Positions 17,466-29,300 of a stretch of DNA of 58,079 bases are shown here, one piece after another. This stretch comes from a virus (Duplodnaviria; Caudoviricetes). The notes under the pieces are model-generated. The model was not told the origin of the DNA. It saw nothing but the letters and a program-made list of their open reading frames with translations, and searched no databases. The stretch's first letter is position 1. Each line of letters starts with the position of its first letter. A program made the position numbers and the translations under genes. The stretch is taken from the IMG/VR virus record IMGVR_UViG_3300048823_000073, positions 1 to 58,079 of that record; one strand, 5' to 3'.

Positions 17466-17876
17466 ATGACGGCCCAGCCAATTAACATCAGTTTTGATAC
17501 TCGCGTCGAACAATATCTTAAAGTTCGCGTCAAGGAAGCAGAAATCGAGGCGCGACACAAAGAAGAACTTGCCCCACTCAAGGCGGCTAAACAGAAACTC
17601 GAAGCGTTGTTCTTGAACGCGCTTAATTCGACCGGGCAGGATAGCGCGAGGACTGCCCACGGGACCGTGTATAAGAAAGCCCGCGACAGCGCTTCCTTGG
17701 AAGACCCGGATGCGTTCTTGAACTATATTATTGCGGGAGAGGCTTGGCACTTGATTGACCGCAAGGCGAACGTCACTGCGGTTCGGGACTTCCTCAACGA
17801 AACCGGACAGCTCCCCCCGGGGGTTAAATTCTCAACCATGATTACCGTGGGGGTGCTGTCACCGAAGAAAAAATAG
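17466..17876 (+). CDS. Phage replication-module protein with N-terminal coiled coil
   Basis: Coiled coil followed by RTAHGTVY and LPPGV; lies immediately before the SSB-like gene. Confidence 0.7.
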   Translation: MTAQPINISFDTRVEQYLKVRVKEAEIEARHKEELAPLKAAKQKLEALFLNALNSTGQDSARTAHGTVYKKARDSASLEDPDAFLNYIIAGEAWHLIDRKANVTAVRDFLNETGQLPPGVKFSTMITVGVLSPKKK

Positions 17877-17931
17877 GTTGTTCTATCAAAGTTACCTGCA
17901 AAAGTAATACCCAAATCTGGAGTAGATTTTA

Positions 17932-19074
17932 ATGGCTCAGAATGTAACTGTTGCAAAAAATATCAAAGTCCCTGCTCGCTTCGCGGCGTCCGTGGAGGAC
18001 AACGACGAACTCAGCGCTGGCATTACCCGTGGGTTCTCGGTGCTCGGGTATCGCGGTAAAGTATGGCGCATCAAATCGCACGGCGACGAGATAGACGTGC
18101 TGGATGGGGACGGCAACCCGGTGCCGATCATTGAAGTGGTGTTGATCAAAGCAGCAGCCACCAAGTCTAAGACTTACTACCCTGGCGGGTGGGAAGAGGG
18201 GTCGAACAAAGCGCCAACTTGCTGGTCCTCAAACTCCGTCCTGCCCGATGCTGGCGTGCTGGAACCTCAATCACCCTCATGCGCCGCCTGCCCGAATAAC
18301 GCGATCGGGTCGCGGATTACCGACAGTGGTAAGGGCGCGAGAGCCTGCGGAGACTATAAGCGCGTCGCGATTGTGCCTCTGGGAGATATGGACAACGAGG
18401 CATATGGCGGCCCCATGTTGCTCCGCATTCCGGGGGCATCGTTGACTGGCCTCGACGACTATGCGAAGCATTTAAAGAGCCTCGGTGTTCCCTACTTCGG
18501 GGTGGTCACGCGGCTCAAGTTCGACGTGAGGGAGTCCTACCCGAAAATAGTTCTCACGGAAACTCGCGGCGTGACCGAGGACGAAGCTGACAAGGTAGAC
18601 GAACTTCGTGCTGATCCGCGTGTGGCGCACATTCTGGCCGAAGAGGCGGCGGTTCTGTTCGCGGAACCCGAAGGGGAAGCCACTGTTGCTCCTGCCCAGG
18701 GAGCCCCAGCAGCAGCGCCACAGACCGTCTCACAACGCGCCATGCCGAAGGCACCCGTAAAACCTGCCCCCCAGCCAGCGGCCTCCCCAGCCCCTCCAGC
18801 AGCCCCTCCAGCGGTTACCACTCCGAAGCCCGCCCCCAGAGTAGCCCCCAAGCCTGCCACTGCGCCCGCTGCCCCCGCCCCAACTGCCAGACCGGCAGCT
18901 AAGGCTCCGACCGGCGCGTTCGGTGTGGCGCCCGCGAAACCCGCTCCGGCGAGAGCCGCTCCTGCTCCAGCGCCAGTTATTGAAGCAGAAGGTGACGAGC
19001 CAGGAGAAGCGGATGGAGAGCCCCTCGGGTTCGAGAATGAACTCGATGATGCGTTGGAGAATATCGGTATCTAA
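17932..19074 (+). CDS. Putative ssDNA-binding/annealing protein
   Basis: Cys-containing core (CWS, CAACP, AC), Pro/Ala linker, acidic C-terminal tail; position in the replication module. Confidence 0.55.
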   Translation: MAQNVTVAKNIKVPARFAASVEDNDELSAGITRGFSVLGYRGKVWRIKSHGDEIDVLDGDGNPVPIIEVVLIKAAATKSKTYYPGGWEEGSNKAPTCWSSNSVLPDAGVLEPQSPSCAACPNNAIGSRITDSGKGARACGDYKRVAIVPLGDMDNEAYGGPMLLRIPGASLTGLDDYAKHLKSLGVPYFGVVTRLKFDVRESYPKIVLTETRGVTEDEADKVDELRADPRVAHILAEEAAVLFAEPEGEATVAPAQGAPAAAPQTVSQRAMPKAPVKPAPQPAASPAPPAAPPAVTTPKPAPRVAPKPATAPAAPAPTARPAAKAPTGAFGVAPAKPAPARAAPAPAPVIEAEGDEPGEADGEPLGFENELDDALENIGI

Positions 19075-19108
19075 TATTACTTCCAAAGGTAAGTAAGAGA
19101 GCAAATAA

Positions 19109-19139
19109 GAGGGCGGGACAAAGTTCCCGCTCTCATTTC
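19109..19139 (+). terminator. Putative intrinsic terminator
   Basis: GAGGGCGGGA-caaagt-TCCCGCTCTC followed by ATTTC. Confidence 0.5.
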
Positions 19140-19151
19140 CTCTGGGGTTCG

Positions 19152-22082
19152 GTGGCGGATATTATGGTTGATTTCAGCGATGCCCAACGATTTATTGCAA
19201 AAGTGGTTCCGTTTACACCCGGCGCCTATGTCAACCTTCACTACTTTACAACATCCAAAAAGCCCGGGGGACTCTACTACATGCAGGGCGTCCCCGTGCA
19301 AAGTGTAACAGAGTTCGTAAAGCAAGTGAAGCGGTGTGTAGATAACCCCTCGGGAGCGCGCGACATATACTTTTGCACGTCGTCACAGAGCGAAGTTGGG
19401 ACGAAGCAAGGGGCGAGAGGGTCATTCAACATTGCTGTGCGGAAAATGGAAAATGCGGTAGAGCAGAAAAGCTTCCGCTTAGACCTCGACGTGGGTGAAA
19501 AGAAAGGCTACCAGACACGTAAGGACGCCCTTGCGGCGCTTGCAAATCTCATAAAGCTCACCAGTCTCCCCAAGCCCAACGTAGTCGTGTCATCGGGCTC
19601 CGGGGGCTTCCATATCTACTGGATCGTGGCCGAGCCGATACCCATTACAGAGTGGCAACCTTACGCTGATGCGCTCGTGGAAGCTGCCCTGGAAAGCGGT
19701 ATGGTTTTCGATAGCGGATGTACAACTGATGCGGTGCGTATCCTCCGCGTGCCCGAAACCCTCAACTACAAATCCAATCCACCAAAGCCTGTCACTCTCG
19801 ATCTCTTTAGTGAGGTAGATTATCTCAAAGATAAAATCTTTGCTTGTTTGGAACCGTGGCTCGGGCGCGCTCCCCGCGTTACCGCGAAAGGTAAGACACT
19901 CGCCCCTGACGAGAACGACGAGCTGCGAGCCGGGCTCGAACGTGAATACGCCCCGGCAGACATCAACAGGCTTGCGGAAAGCTGCGCCTGGATTAAATAT
20001 TCTATCGACACAGGCGGCGTGGACAATGAAAACCTGCTACGCCGGTTCGCATTCGCCATAGCTCTGAGATGCATGGAGCCAAAGGATGCAGCATGGGCAT
20101 TGATGCGCTTGCGGGAGACTGTGACTGATGAAGAGTTCCTCGATCAGTACGGAAGAGCGCAAGCTGATTTTGTAAAGAAAGAACTCCCAATACCATACTG
20201 CACGAGCATTGATAGAGAGCGAAAAGGTGCATGCAAGGACTGCCCACATCTGGAAAAGGGGAAAAACCCCCTCGCCTTTGCAGTGGGCACCCAGCTCGTG
20301 CCCGCCGCCGCATGCTCGCTCGCCCCGTTTTTGGTAGGGACAGAATATCATGTGGGCGCTGACGAGAAAGTTTATCGAAGCACGACGGACGAAGATGGGG
20401 CGATATTGAATGAGCTGATCTTTCCATATCCGATACGTGATCCGTGGATGGCTAAGGACCAGGGTGGCGGCTTCATCTGGAATTTCAATACTACCATTAT
20501 GGATGGAAGCCATCTCGATGCGGCGATAAAGTGTGAAGACGTATGCGCGATTGATGCGTCCAGAAAGGCGCTATCAAAGCGAAGCATGTTTATCCCCCAT
20601 ATGACACAAGCTACTCAGGATTTTCTCATGACCTTCCTCCAGAACCTTCGCAATAGTCCCGGCAGCGTCATTCCAGCATCCCCGTTTGGCTGGGCGGAGA
20701 ATGACGATAAGATCATCCAAGGTTTTACCTTTGGAGGTAAGACCTGGGCACGGGGAGCGATCACACCGGCTGCGGCGCCAATGAATGCTCTGGCTTCCAA
20801 ATATAAGCCCGCAGGAGACACAGAGCAGTGGCGGCAAGCGGCCAAACTGATGATCGAACAAGGGCGACCAGAACTAGATTGCATCATCGCCTCGGCCTTC
20901 GCTGCCCCCTTGGTGCGGTTTACCGGGCACAAGGGCATGACGATCGGGGCGTGGTCGCTGGAGAGCGGCGTCGGCAAATCGACAGCACTGGAGATCGCGC
21001 AGGCCGTATGGGGTAGCCCGACTGCTATTTCCGGCCTCACCGATACGACAGTATCGACCGGGATGAAGCTAGGCCAGCTCAAAAATTTACCTGTGTATTG
21101 GGATGAACTGAAATCCCAGGAACAGACAAAGCACTTTGTCAACATGATGTTTCAGGTATCCAGCGGCAACGACAGGAACCGAGGGCGCCGCGACGGGACG
21201 TTGGCCGAGACAAAGGAATGGCAAACGCTGCTCTTTTACGCGTCGAACGAAGCGCTCTACGATGCTATCTTGCAGCATACGAAGACGACAACTGCTGGGC
21301 ACATGCGGGTGTTCGAGTATGAAGTCCGCCCGACCGAACAGCCGAACATACATACTGCGGGGATGGTCACGCGATTGGTAGGGACGTTGCGGCAGAACCA
21401 CGGAGGTATTGGGTTGGAATATGCTAAATATCTCGGAGAGAATTACGAGAAAGTCGCCCTTGATGTCGCGAAGATTAGTGACGCTTTAGAGAAGGCCCTC
21501 CACGCGGAGAATGATGAGCGATATTGGATTTGCGCCATTGCAGTGCTCTTGGTGGGGGCGTCGCTGTCCAACAAACTAGGGTTTACCGCGTTTGACATAA
21601 AAGGCATGCGGGACTTTCTTGCGATGGAACTCAAGCGCATGCAAGCTAAAAAGCGCGAGGCCCCGAACGATATGGCTAAGGGGGAGAATGTCATAGCGGC
21701 GCTGGGCGCATTTCTGAATGAGATGGGGGTCGAACATTCGCTCACAACCAATATAATATGGACGAACGCTGGCAGGCCACAACAGGGGCATGTAAAAGTT
21801 ATAGGGGATGGCACGCAGCATGTCAGCCGTTTGAAAGTGGTCAATGTCCAGAAGGGCAGGGACGACCACCAAGTCCGCATCCGGTGTTCCGCCCTCACTG
21901 AATGGCTAAAGAAGAACGAGTACCCCTATACAGGCTTTACGACTTCACTAGGGCGGCATTTCGGAGCGAAGAAAGGGCGTTGGTTCCTAGCGTCGGGGAC
22001 GACATTTGGCGGGGATAAAGAATATCTTTGGCATATCAACACAAAGGGCACCGCGCTTGAGAGTGCAATTACTTGGGAGTAG
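19152..22082 (+). CDS. Primase-helicase: N-terminal AEP primase-like domain, C-terminal DUF927 P-loop domain
   Basis: DLD, SGSGGFHIYW, RILRVPETLNYK; Walker A SGVGKST, Walker B YWDE. Confidence 0.85.
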   Translation: MADIMVDFSDAQRFIAKVVPFTPGAYVNLHYFTTSKKPGGLYYMQGVPVQSVTEFVKQVKRCVDNPSGARDIYFCTSSQSEVGTKQGARGSFNIAVRKMENAVEQKSFRLDLDVGEKKGYQTRKDALAALANLIKLTSLPKPNVVVSSGSGGFHIYWIVAEPIPITEWQPYADALVEAALESGMVFDSGCTTDAVRILRVPETLNYKSNPPKPVTLDLFSEVDYLKDKIFACLEPWLGRAPRVTAKGKTLAPDENDELRAGLEREYAPADINRLAESCAWIKYSIDTGGVDNENLLRRFAFAIALRCMEPKDAAWALMRLRETVTDEEFLDQYGRAQADFVKKELPIPYCTSIDRERKGACKDCPHLEKGKNPLAFAVGTQLVPAAACSLAPFLVGTEYHVGADEKVYRSTTDEDGAILNELIFPYPIRDPWMAKDQGGGFIWNFNTTIMDGSHLDAAIKCEDVCAIDASRKALSKRSMFIPHMTQATQDFLMTFLQNLRNSPGSVIPASPFGWAENDDKIIQGFTFGGKTWARGAITPAAAPMNALASKYKPAGDTEQWRQAAKLMIEQGRPELDCIIASAFAAPLVRFTGHKGMTIGAWSLESGVGKSTALEIAQAVWGSPTAISGLTDTTVSTGMKLGQLKNLPVYWDELKSQEQTKHFVNMMFQVSSGNDRNRGRRDGTLAETKEWQTLLFYASNEALYDAILQHTKTTTAGHMRVFEYEVRPTEQPNIHTAGMVTRLVGTLRQNHGGIGLEYAKYLGENYEKVALDVAKISDALEKALHAENDERYWICAIAVLLVGASLSNKLGFTAFDIKGMRDFLAMELKRMQAKKREAPNDMAKGENVIAALGAFLNEMGVEHSLTTNIIWTNAGRPQQGHVKVIGDGTQHVSRLKVVNVQKGRDDHQVRIRCSALTEWLKKNEYPYTGFTTSLGRHFGAKKGRWFLASGTTFGGDKEYLWHINTKGTALESAITWE

Positions 22083-22114
22083 TTACCTTGGAAAGTAAAG
22101 TAGAGTTAACGCGT

Positions 22115-22330
22115 ATGCGTGCTCGAGAGTTGTTTTTTATAGGCGACCACAATCGGTTGTATTGGCGTGTGGCGCGGGGATGCGTAGCGGCTGGCACGCC
22201 TGCTGGAGCCTTGTGTAATGGGTTCCTGCACGTCAAAGCAGATGGGCAATTCTATTATAATCATCGGCTTGTGGAGTTCATCCTCACAGGGCGGTGGCCT
22301 GAGAGGAAGCGGCCAGGGCGGACGACGGGG
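22115..22330 (+). pseudogene. Truncated HNH homing endonuclease, N-terminal half
   Basis: LYWRVARG..AAGTPAG...GF....DGQFYYNHRLV....TGRWP, but the DH...N...N core is missing. Confidence 0.55.
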
Positions 22331-22555
22331 AGGATTACCTTTGGAAGTAAAAACGTTCACACAAGAGCAAGTGAGAGCCGCATGTCTGGCGTCGTGGCGG
22401 GCAGGGTTCGGATCGGCGGCGACCCACTTCGACGCTCTATCGAAACAGTTCCGGGACGAGAGCCAAGAAAAAGAGATGTTGTCTCGGTTCTCCAAGATAG
22501 TTTGGCAGTGGATTGATTATCCACCTGCGAGACTGCAACCTCCAAAGAAGGAAGG

Positions 22556-22804
22556 CTAGTCATAGCCCTTCTTCCCAGCACGCCAGCCGCGATTAGTCGA
22601 AGGCGATTTGACGCGCAAGTTGCCGGGGGCATTCGTGCCGCTCTTCCTAAGAGGATTGGAGTGGTCCACGTCTTTGCCATCTCCCTTTGAGACGCGGCCT
22701 TTTTTCTCCATGTCAGATCGAGCCGCGTTGCGCTGGGCACGCTTCTTTATCTGCTCGGGCTTGGCGTGATAATCCCGGTACTCTTTTTGATAATCGCGTG
22801 CCAT
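22556..22804 (-). CDS. Small HNH endonuclease
   Basis: GDGKDVDHSNPLRKSGTNAPGNLRVKSPSTNR. Confidence 0.8.
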   Translation of the reverse strand: MARDYQKEYRDYHAKPEQIKKRAQRNAARSDMEKKGRVSKGDGKDVDHSNPLRKSGTNAPGNLRVKSPSTNRGWRAGKKGYD

Positions 22805-22918
22805 CACACCCTCAACAATCGTGCCGAAGGACTACCCTTCGGAATTTCCAAAACAGCCATAGAAAAAGATCAAGTATGCTAAAAGGATCGCCGCCGCATC
22901 CGTGGTTAGTGTGCCTGC

Positions 22919-23179
22919 TCATGATGTGCCCTCTATGACGTCGAGTAGTCGTTTCTCCGTTACTCTGTGGGCTCCAAGAAGCTCCAACAGTGAGGCGTCC
23001 GCCGCTATCTGCCACGTCCTGAGATACCGGCCATCGGTAAGGCACCCGGAGAGGGTGAGCGCTCGTAGTTCGCCGGATCGTGCAAGAGCGAGAGCGTTCT
23101 CAAGCTGCTCAACTACCTTCTCGCACGGTTCTGGGTTGACGGGGGGCCTGTCCGCTCGAAGGGGTACAACGTCGTTCAT
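22919..23179 (-). CDS. Hypothetical protein
   Basis: 86-aa ORF; loosely resembles 54589-54876 (P.EP.E.VV..L..ALA.A..GE). Confidence 0.6.
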   Translation of the reverse strand: MNDVVPLRADRPPVNPEPCEKVVEQLENALALARSGELRALTLSGCLTDGRYLRTWQIAADASLLELLGAHRVTEKRLLDVIEGTS

Positions 23180-23310
23180 TTGCGCTTCTTCTTAATTCCG
23201 AAGTCGAGGGGTTTGCCCTGCTTGATCGGATGCTTCTTCATCTCCCCAGCAAAGCGCTCACGATCGGACTTGGCCTCACGCTTCTTTGGAAGCACTGCTT
23301 TGGTTTCCAT
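23176..23310 (-). CDS. Small basic protein (44 aa), not in the ORF track
   Basis: METKAVLPKKREAKSDRERFAGEMKKHPIKQGKPLDFGIKKKRK; stop overlaps the next ATG. Confidence 0.5.
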   Translation of the reverse strand: METKAVLPKKREAKSDRERFAGEMKKHPIKQGKPLDFGIKKKRK

Positions 23311-23348
23311 TGATGCTTTATTACTTGCCAAGGTAACTACTCCTCTAT

Positions 23349-26300
23349 TTACTGTCCAACGTTGAACGTGCTGCTGTATTGGTCAAGTGTAGACTTGGAG
23401 CGCTTCGTCACGGGCATGCCGAGTTCGGTCTTGCCCGTTTGCTTCTTCGCGGCGCTCCCTAGAGCCGAATGCGTTACGCGGCGATCAAGGGGCTGGCGTG
23501 CGTTCCAAGCTGATATCGCCTGCATGGCTTTCGCCTTGTCGGCTGGCGTCTTCGCACTGGCCCAACCCTGGACGAGTGCGTTGCGTTGCACGCCCTGGTC
23601 ATGCATCTCCTTCCCGGCTTGGTAGCGCGCCGTACCGTAGTTCGCCACTGACGCGGGCGTAAAGCCGAGTGACTGCACTATGGCCGGTCCAAGCCCAACA
23701 GGCGGTAACCCTGCGGTGCCCCTGGTCGTTGGCTTGCCCTCGGTCGCCAGTCGATACGCCTTAAGCATATCGTCGATCGCTTTTGCTGGGATCAAGTTCT
23801 CTGCGGCCTTCTCGATGTCGCCATGCATAGCTGCTTGACCACCTGCCATTATGTTTTGCGCAAGCGAACCGGGCGCGCCGCCGATCGTGCTCCATATCCA
23901 ATTCATCGTGTCTTCGGGCTTGTTGGATTTGGGTTCGCCAAAGGTCCAGAGCGAGGCCAGGCCCAGCCGGTGATGCACGTCTACGCTCAACGGCCCGAGG
24001 GCGCGAGAGAGCCCGTGGGCGACGATCTCCCCGATCTGGGGGCCGAAAGCGTTCGCGAGTTCTTTCTGGATTTCAGTCTCGATATCCCCCCAATTCGTAT
24101 TGGTGATGCCGAACGCATTCGCCAACATAACGGGTGCCTTGATCAACTCAAGTGGCAACCCGAGCGCCCCCGCCATTGCGGCATGGGTGCCCACGACGCC
24201 CGCGAACGCCCGCGCGGCCTCACGTCGTATTTCAGGCGTCTCCCCCTTGAACGTGTTATAGAGATTGCTCGCCAGCAGATGATAAATCATCTGCGGGAAC
24301 TGCTTGAACTGGAGGAACGGCCTCAGTGCCGGGTTCCTGAATATCGGGGCAGCGTTGGTTGAGGAATAGAGCCCCTGGGTATTCGCCAGGGTATCCTTGA
24401 CATAGCGCACCGCCTTCTCATGATCGCCGTTATTCTTGGCGATCTCCATCCGGTACGCGGCGATGGCCTCTGCTACGCGGTTGATGCTCTCGGTCGAGCC
24501 GGTCATTTCCCGGAAAGCCGCATCGACACGAGAAAGCGCGCGGTCGCCCATGTTGCCGTATTCATGGAGCTGGTTCACTTCGTACCCAGAAGATGCATGA
24601 ACGTGCCCGGTCTCGGACAAGTCATCGAGCATCTTGTTGAGCGCCTTACCATCGGAGGTAAGTGCCAGCCGCTTTTTGAAGTTGCCGATGAAATCAGTCG
24701 GGTCCGAAGTCTCGTCACGAGCTACGCGGACGAGCCCTTGGGCGCCTTCCTTGAGGGCGGTCCCGGTCCCCATGTCCCTATAGGCCCGCGCCAGCTCCCC
24801 ATACGCCTTACCGAAGCCGTGCCGCGCGCCAAGCACCGGGCCGGAGATCATGAGCGGGTGGGTCATATGCAACATAAGATGCGCGGGGGATGCCATGTCT
24901 TTCAAGAACGACAGCACCATTGCCCGCTTCCAGAACGGCGCCATTTTGCCCGTATATTCCGGCGAGCCAAACCCATAGAGCCTGGACTCCATCTCTTGCA
25001 AAACTCTTCGGCTCTGGATCGGATTGCCCGAGTTGCGTTGCGCTTCCACAACGTCACGCATGTCCGAGAGTGATTTCTCGACCTGGGGCCTAAACTCCGC
25101 CCGTGATAGGTATTGCGAGGCCGAGTTGTTGTAGGTCACGATGTTGCGGATCATGTCGTCCGACGCGCCCGCCACATTGCGCCGGGGCAGGCGGCGTTGT
25201 TCCACCGACGTAGCCGCGCGCATCGCCAGCGAACTCTCCACAAGCGCCCGCTCCATAATCCCCTTTTCTTGATCGGATAGTCCCGGGCGGCGCCGGATGC
25301 CGTCAATCAACGCCTGGACCTGTGGAGACGAGAGTTTGTAGTCCACGCCCGGGTTCAAGCGGCGTTTGTCCAGCACGACATTCTTGAGCCCCATGCCCTG
25401 CAAATCTTTGACGCGGGCATTGGCGTCGCGCTCCCGATCGAACAGCTCCATATGTTGAGCTTGCACGCGCGTCTGCCACTTCTGCACCGGGTTGCCCGCC
25501 GTGGAGATGTCCCCGGCAGTCGTCTTCTCGCCGGTCGTTGGGTCGTAGTAGGCAGTGTGGGACTTTGCGTGGAGCCCCTTATCCTGCGCCATCGAGACCT
25601 CGAAGTCGTGGGCCTCTTTGCGGGTATCAAATTCAAACGTGTTCTTGTCGATCCTCCTGGCGCCAGCCGGGGTCTCGATGTCATGTTCGCCGGTCACAAC
25701 ATAGTCGCCGTGCCGCATCAATGGGAAGTAGGCGCCCTTCTTGACGCGCAACTCTTCGGCGTTTCTGATAGCTCGCGCCATCTCCTTTTTCTCACCGAAC
25801 AACTTCTCGTCGTCGTCAGTCATCCCGCCGTGCATGATCCGATCGGCCAGATCGCTCTTCTTTACCGTCGAAGGTAAGTCCACGGCATCGAGCACGGCAT
25901 CAACTTTGGACCGCGTAAGCTTGTCTTGGGTCGTTTGGAAATAGTCCCGCGTGCTCTGGTAGAGCGCTTTCAAGTCTTCGGGAAGCGCACGGTACTGTTT
26001 TGCCAGGTCGTCGTGCATGGCGCGCGCCTGCCAGATGTTCCGCGCTGCTTCGTGCTCCACGTCCTTGCCAGCGGCGAGCTTCTTGGTGGTCTCTTTGCTT
26101 AGGCTCAGATGCGCGTTCCGGCCACTATCCAATGGAGCGTCTGGGTGCAGGTCGTACATGGTCGAGCGCTGTGCCAGATCAACGAACTTGTTGAACTCAC
26201 CGCCGATATATTTCTTGCTCATTGCCGCCATTTGGCGGGTCAACTTGTCTCCCTCGTCGCGGTAGTGCGTCATACTCACGGTCATCTTTTGGATGGCCTC

Positions 26301-29300
26301 CGTAAGTCTACGTAAGGGATTACCCTCGTCCTTCGGCCCGAACAAATTCTCGTTGCCCTGCCGGAGCTGGTCATCGGTAAGGATTTTGAACGTGCGCTCC
26401 TTGAACTCACCGCCGGTCGGCATGTGTTGGATCACCGCCGCTGCCGCGTTACTGGCTACGTTCGCCGGGTCCATGTAGGTGCTCTTGGCAACCTGCTCGG
26501 GAGCGCGCACTGCGGTCTCACGGTCGGCTTCATCTTGGTTCATCTTCGGGAGGTATCTGCGCTCCACTTCCGGCATATTCGCCTGGACCTGGGCGCGGTA
26601 CTCTTTAGCGCGATATTCTCTGGCACCGGCTGGGTCGCGTGCCCACGATAACCTCTCAGTGGTCGCCAGAGCCGCCTCTAGGACACTGTGCGCCCGCGTA
26701 GGAAGTCCAAGGATTTGCCGTGCCAGCGTAACAAGCCCGCCCCAGACGGAGTTGGAGCGAAATTCATCCATCCGCAATCGCCGGGTCATTTCTTCGGACA
26801 AGGGCACGCGATCGAGCATCGCCTGGAATGTGGGGTTGGACAGCGCCTCACTCAAGAACTCGTGCGGGTCGGTCATGCCATTAAGATCGCGCACCGGGAA
26901 TGCCCTCGGGTCTTCTTCCGAGTCCAGGCCGGTTACTCCCTCGTAGTGATCCTTTACCTCCGAAAGTAAGCGCCCAATTTGCGCCTGAGCAAATTTATTG
27001 ACATATAGCTCTTTGAACACAGCCGCATGAACCGCTTCGTGCATTAGGGTGTGCCGCATGGCAATAGGGTCTGCTGCCGTGCTGGCTGGGATGACGATAT
27101 GGTCCGCCCCAGAGAGATAGTAGCCATAGGCTGCCACTCCATTTGGATCATCCTTGGTGGTCGTAAGAGTTTTGAAATCTTCGTCCGAGACGATATGGAC
27201 GGGCACGTCTCCGACGACTTTGCGGAGCTTCTTTGCTATGATTGGCTGCATAATTCCTGCGTATTTTCCTTCATCCCCCAACGTGCGCCCCGCCCGGTGG
27301 AACTCAGCACGGTCGATGAGATCGCTTAGTTTAGAGCTTTGAAGCGGGACAACTTTTTCGCCCTTCGGCGCGGCAATTGTTTCTTCGCTAGGCTTCTTCA
27401 AGAACTGCATTCCGGCGGATTGCGGGGCGCGGGCACGGCGTTTCGTGGTTCGTACTTCAAACGTGCCAGCTTTGTTCTGGACAGCGTTCACCTTTCCTTC
27501 TGTGGATATCGCAGCTCGTTCTTGTCCTCCTTCGTTTTGGAGTGGCGTCTCGTCTTCTGGATTGTCCAAGCGATCGAGCATCTGGTCTTCGACTTCGCCG
27601 GGGTTATGCAGGGTAGCTTCGGGCTTTTCCTCCACATCACCCTGATACTGGCGTTTCGCTGCTTCGCCCTCGGCCCTCCGCTCGGAGCGCAGTATGCTCG
27701 CGTCGCCCTCGCGCAGAGGCATCTCACGCATCAGGAGATCATTGGCGGTCTTCATGCGCTCGGCTTCCGCACCCTTGCGCTGTTTCAACGTGCTCAACAC
27801 ACGCTTTACATCCGCCAGCCATACGACATAATCGGACGTACCCTCGTAGCCAACCTTACTTGGAATGGTAACATCCTTGGCCTTGGCCTCGTCTACAATA
27901 TTTTGGAGCCGATCTTGATAGCCCTTGAGTTGGTCCTTGTTCTGGACGTACTCCAGGGGATCGCTCTTGTGAGCGTCAAAAATCTCTTGGGCTCTCTGGG
28001 CGTTCTCGGTACGGGCTGCTTTCTCCGCAAGCGTCCAGTTCTTTCCCTGGGGGCCAGCCTCGGCTTTCTGCATATCTTTGAGGTTTGTATCGACAACTTT
28101 CTGCTGCGCCCTTGCATTCGCCTTCGCCTCGGGAGATTGATCCTGAAAGATTTTACCGGGGAGGGGGTCGCTAAACGCCCCCTGCATATTCACTCCGGTA
28201 TTTGTTCCCTTATTCGCGGCGTCACGCTGCGCAAGCACATCTTGCGGGGCCTCGACTTGAACCGTATTGCCGGGCTGCTTCTGCGCTTCCAGAGCTGCAA
28301 CTTGATCCGGCGCGGTCTCCGTGGTGCCGACAGCGGCCTTAGTTTCTGTACCGTCCGGCTGGCGTTCGGTCACAGCAACGGGAGGCTCGCCCTGGGCAAC
28401 GCGCGCTTGGACTTCATCCTTATTGGCCGGGCCAAGTCCTAGCAACTCATTGAGCTTATTGCCCGTCGATGCCGCGATAACATCCTTGCGCTGCAACTGA
28501 TCCGGGTCAAAATGAACGATACCCTCTTTAATGCGGGCTTGTTTCATCCCCTCCGGCACGTCGGGCGCAGTCGTGCCCTTGGGGTACAACACAGCTTGGC
28601 GCTTGCCCTGCGTGAGTTCTTCCTGCTGGGCGTTAAGCGTCGCAGGCGCCTCGGGGGCGTTCTGGCCCACATCAGAGATCGGGGCGGGGGGCTCCGGGGG
28701 TGTTACCTTTGAAGGTACGTTTTCGGATGGAGTCGGCACCGGCGGCCCCACTTGGGGCGTTTCCCCCGGGGATTTCGGTTGGGCGGCATTGTCTACATTC
28801 GGACTTTTTTCACCATTGAGTTCCGTCGATAGGGCGCTGGTCTGGGCCGCATCGCCCGCCTGCCCCTTGACGACCTCTACCGGCGACCGATGGAACGCAC
28901 TGTGCGCCATGCCGGGGATCGCGCCGAGGCCGAAGCCTTCAAGCACCTGTGAAGTCCACTGATGCGGATCAAAATTGCCCTGGAAGCCACCCGTCTGCCC
29001 TGCGCTCTGCTCAGTGAAGTTGCCAACACCTGATTGGGCGGCGTTCGCGCCACCTGCCTCCAGGCCGCCCAATGTCGCCCGCCGGGCTATGCCCCCAGCG
29101 ATGGCGCTCTCTCCGCCGCGCGCAACCATCCCTCCAAGGCCCACGGCTCCCGTAACGCCGCCAATGAGCGCGTTGAGCGCAAGCCCACCATCCCCATCAA
29201 CCAGATAATTACGGAACTCGTCCCGCGCGGCGGGTTCTTCCATGCGCTGCCGGAGTCCAGTATAATAAGCACTCTGTTTCTGGAGATCATCATCCGAGGC

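Noticed and set aside
27339-28442. Long antisense ORFs (e.g. 27339-28442 +, 42327-43367 +, 13608-14540 -, 7477-8271 -)
   Set aside because: They are shadows of well-supported genes on the opposite strand in a GC-rich genome and carry no recognisable motifs
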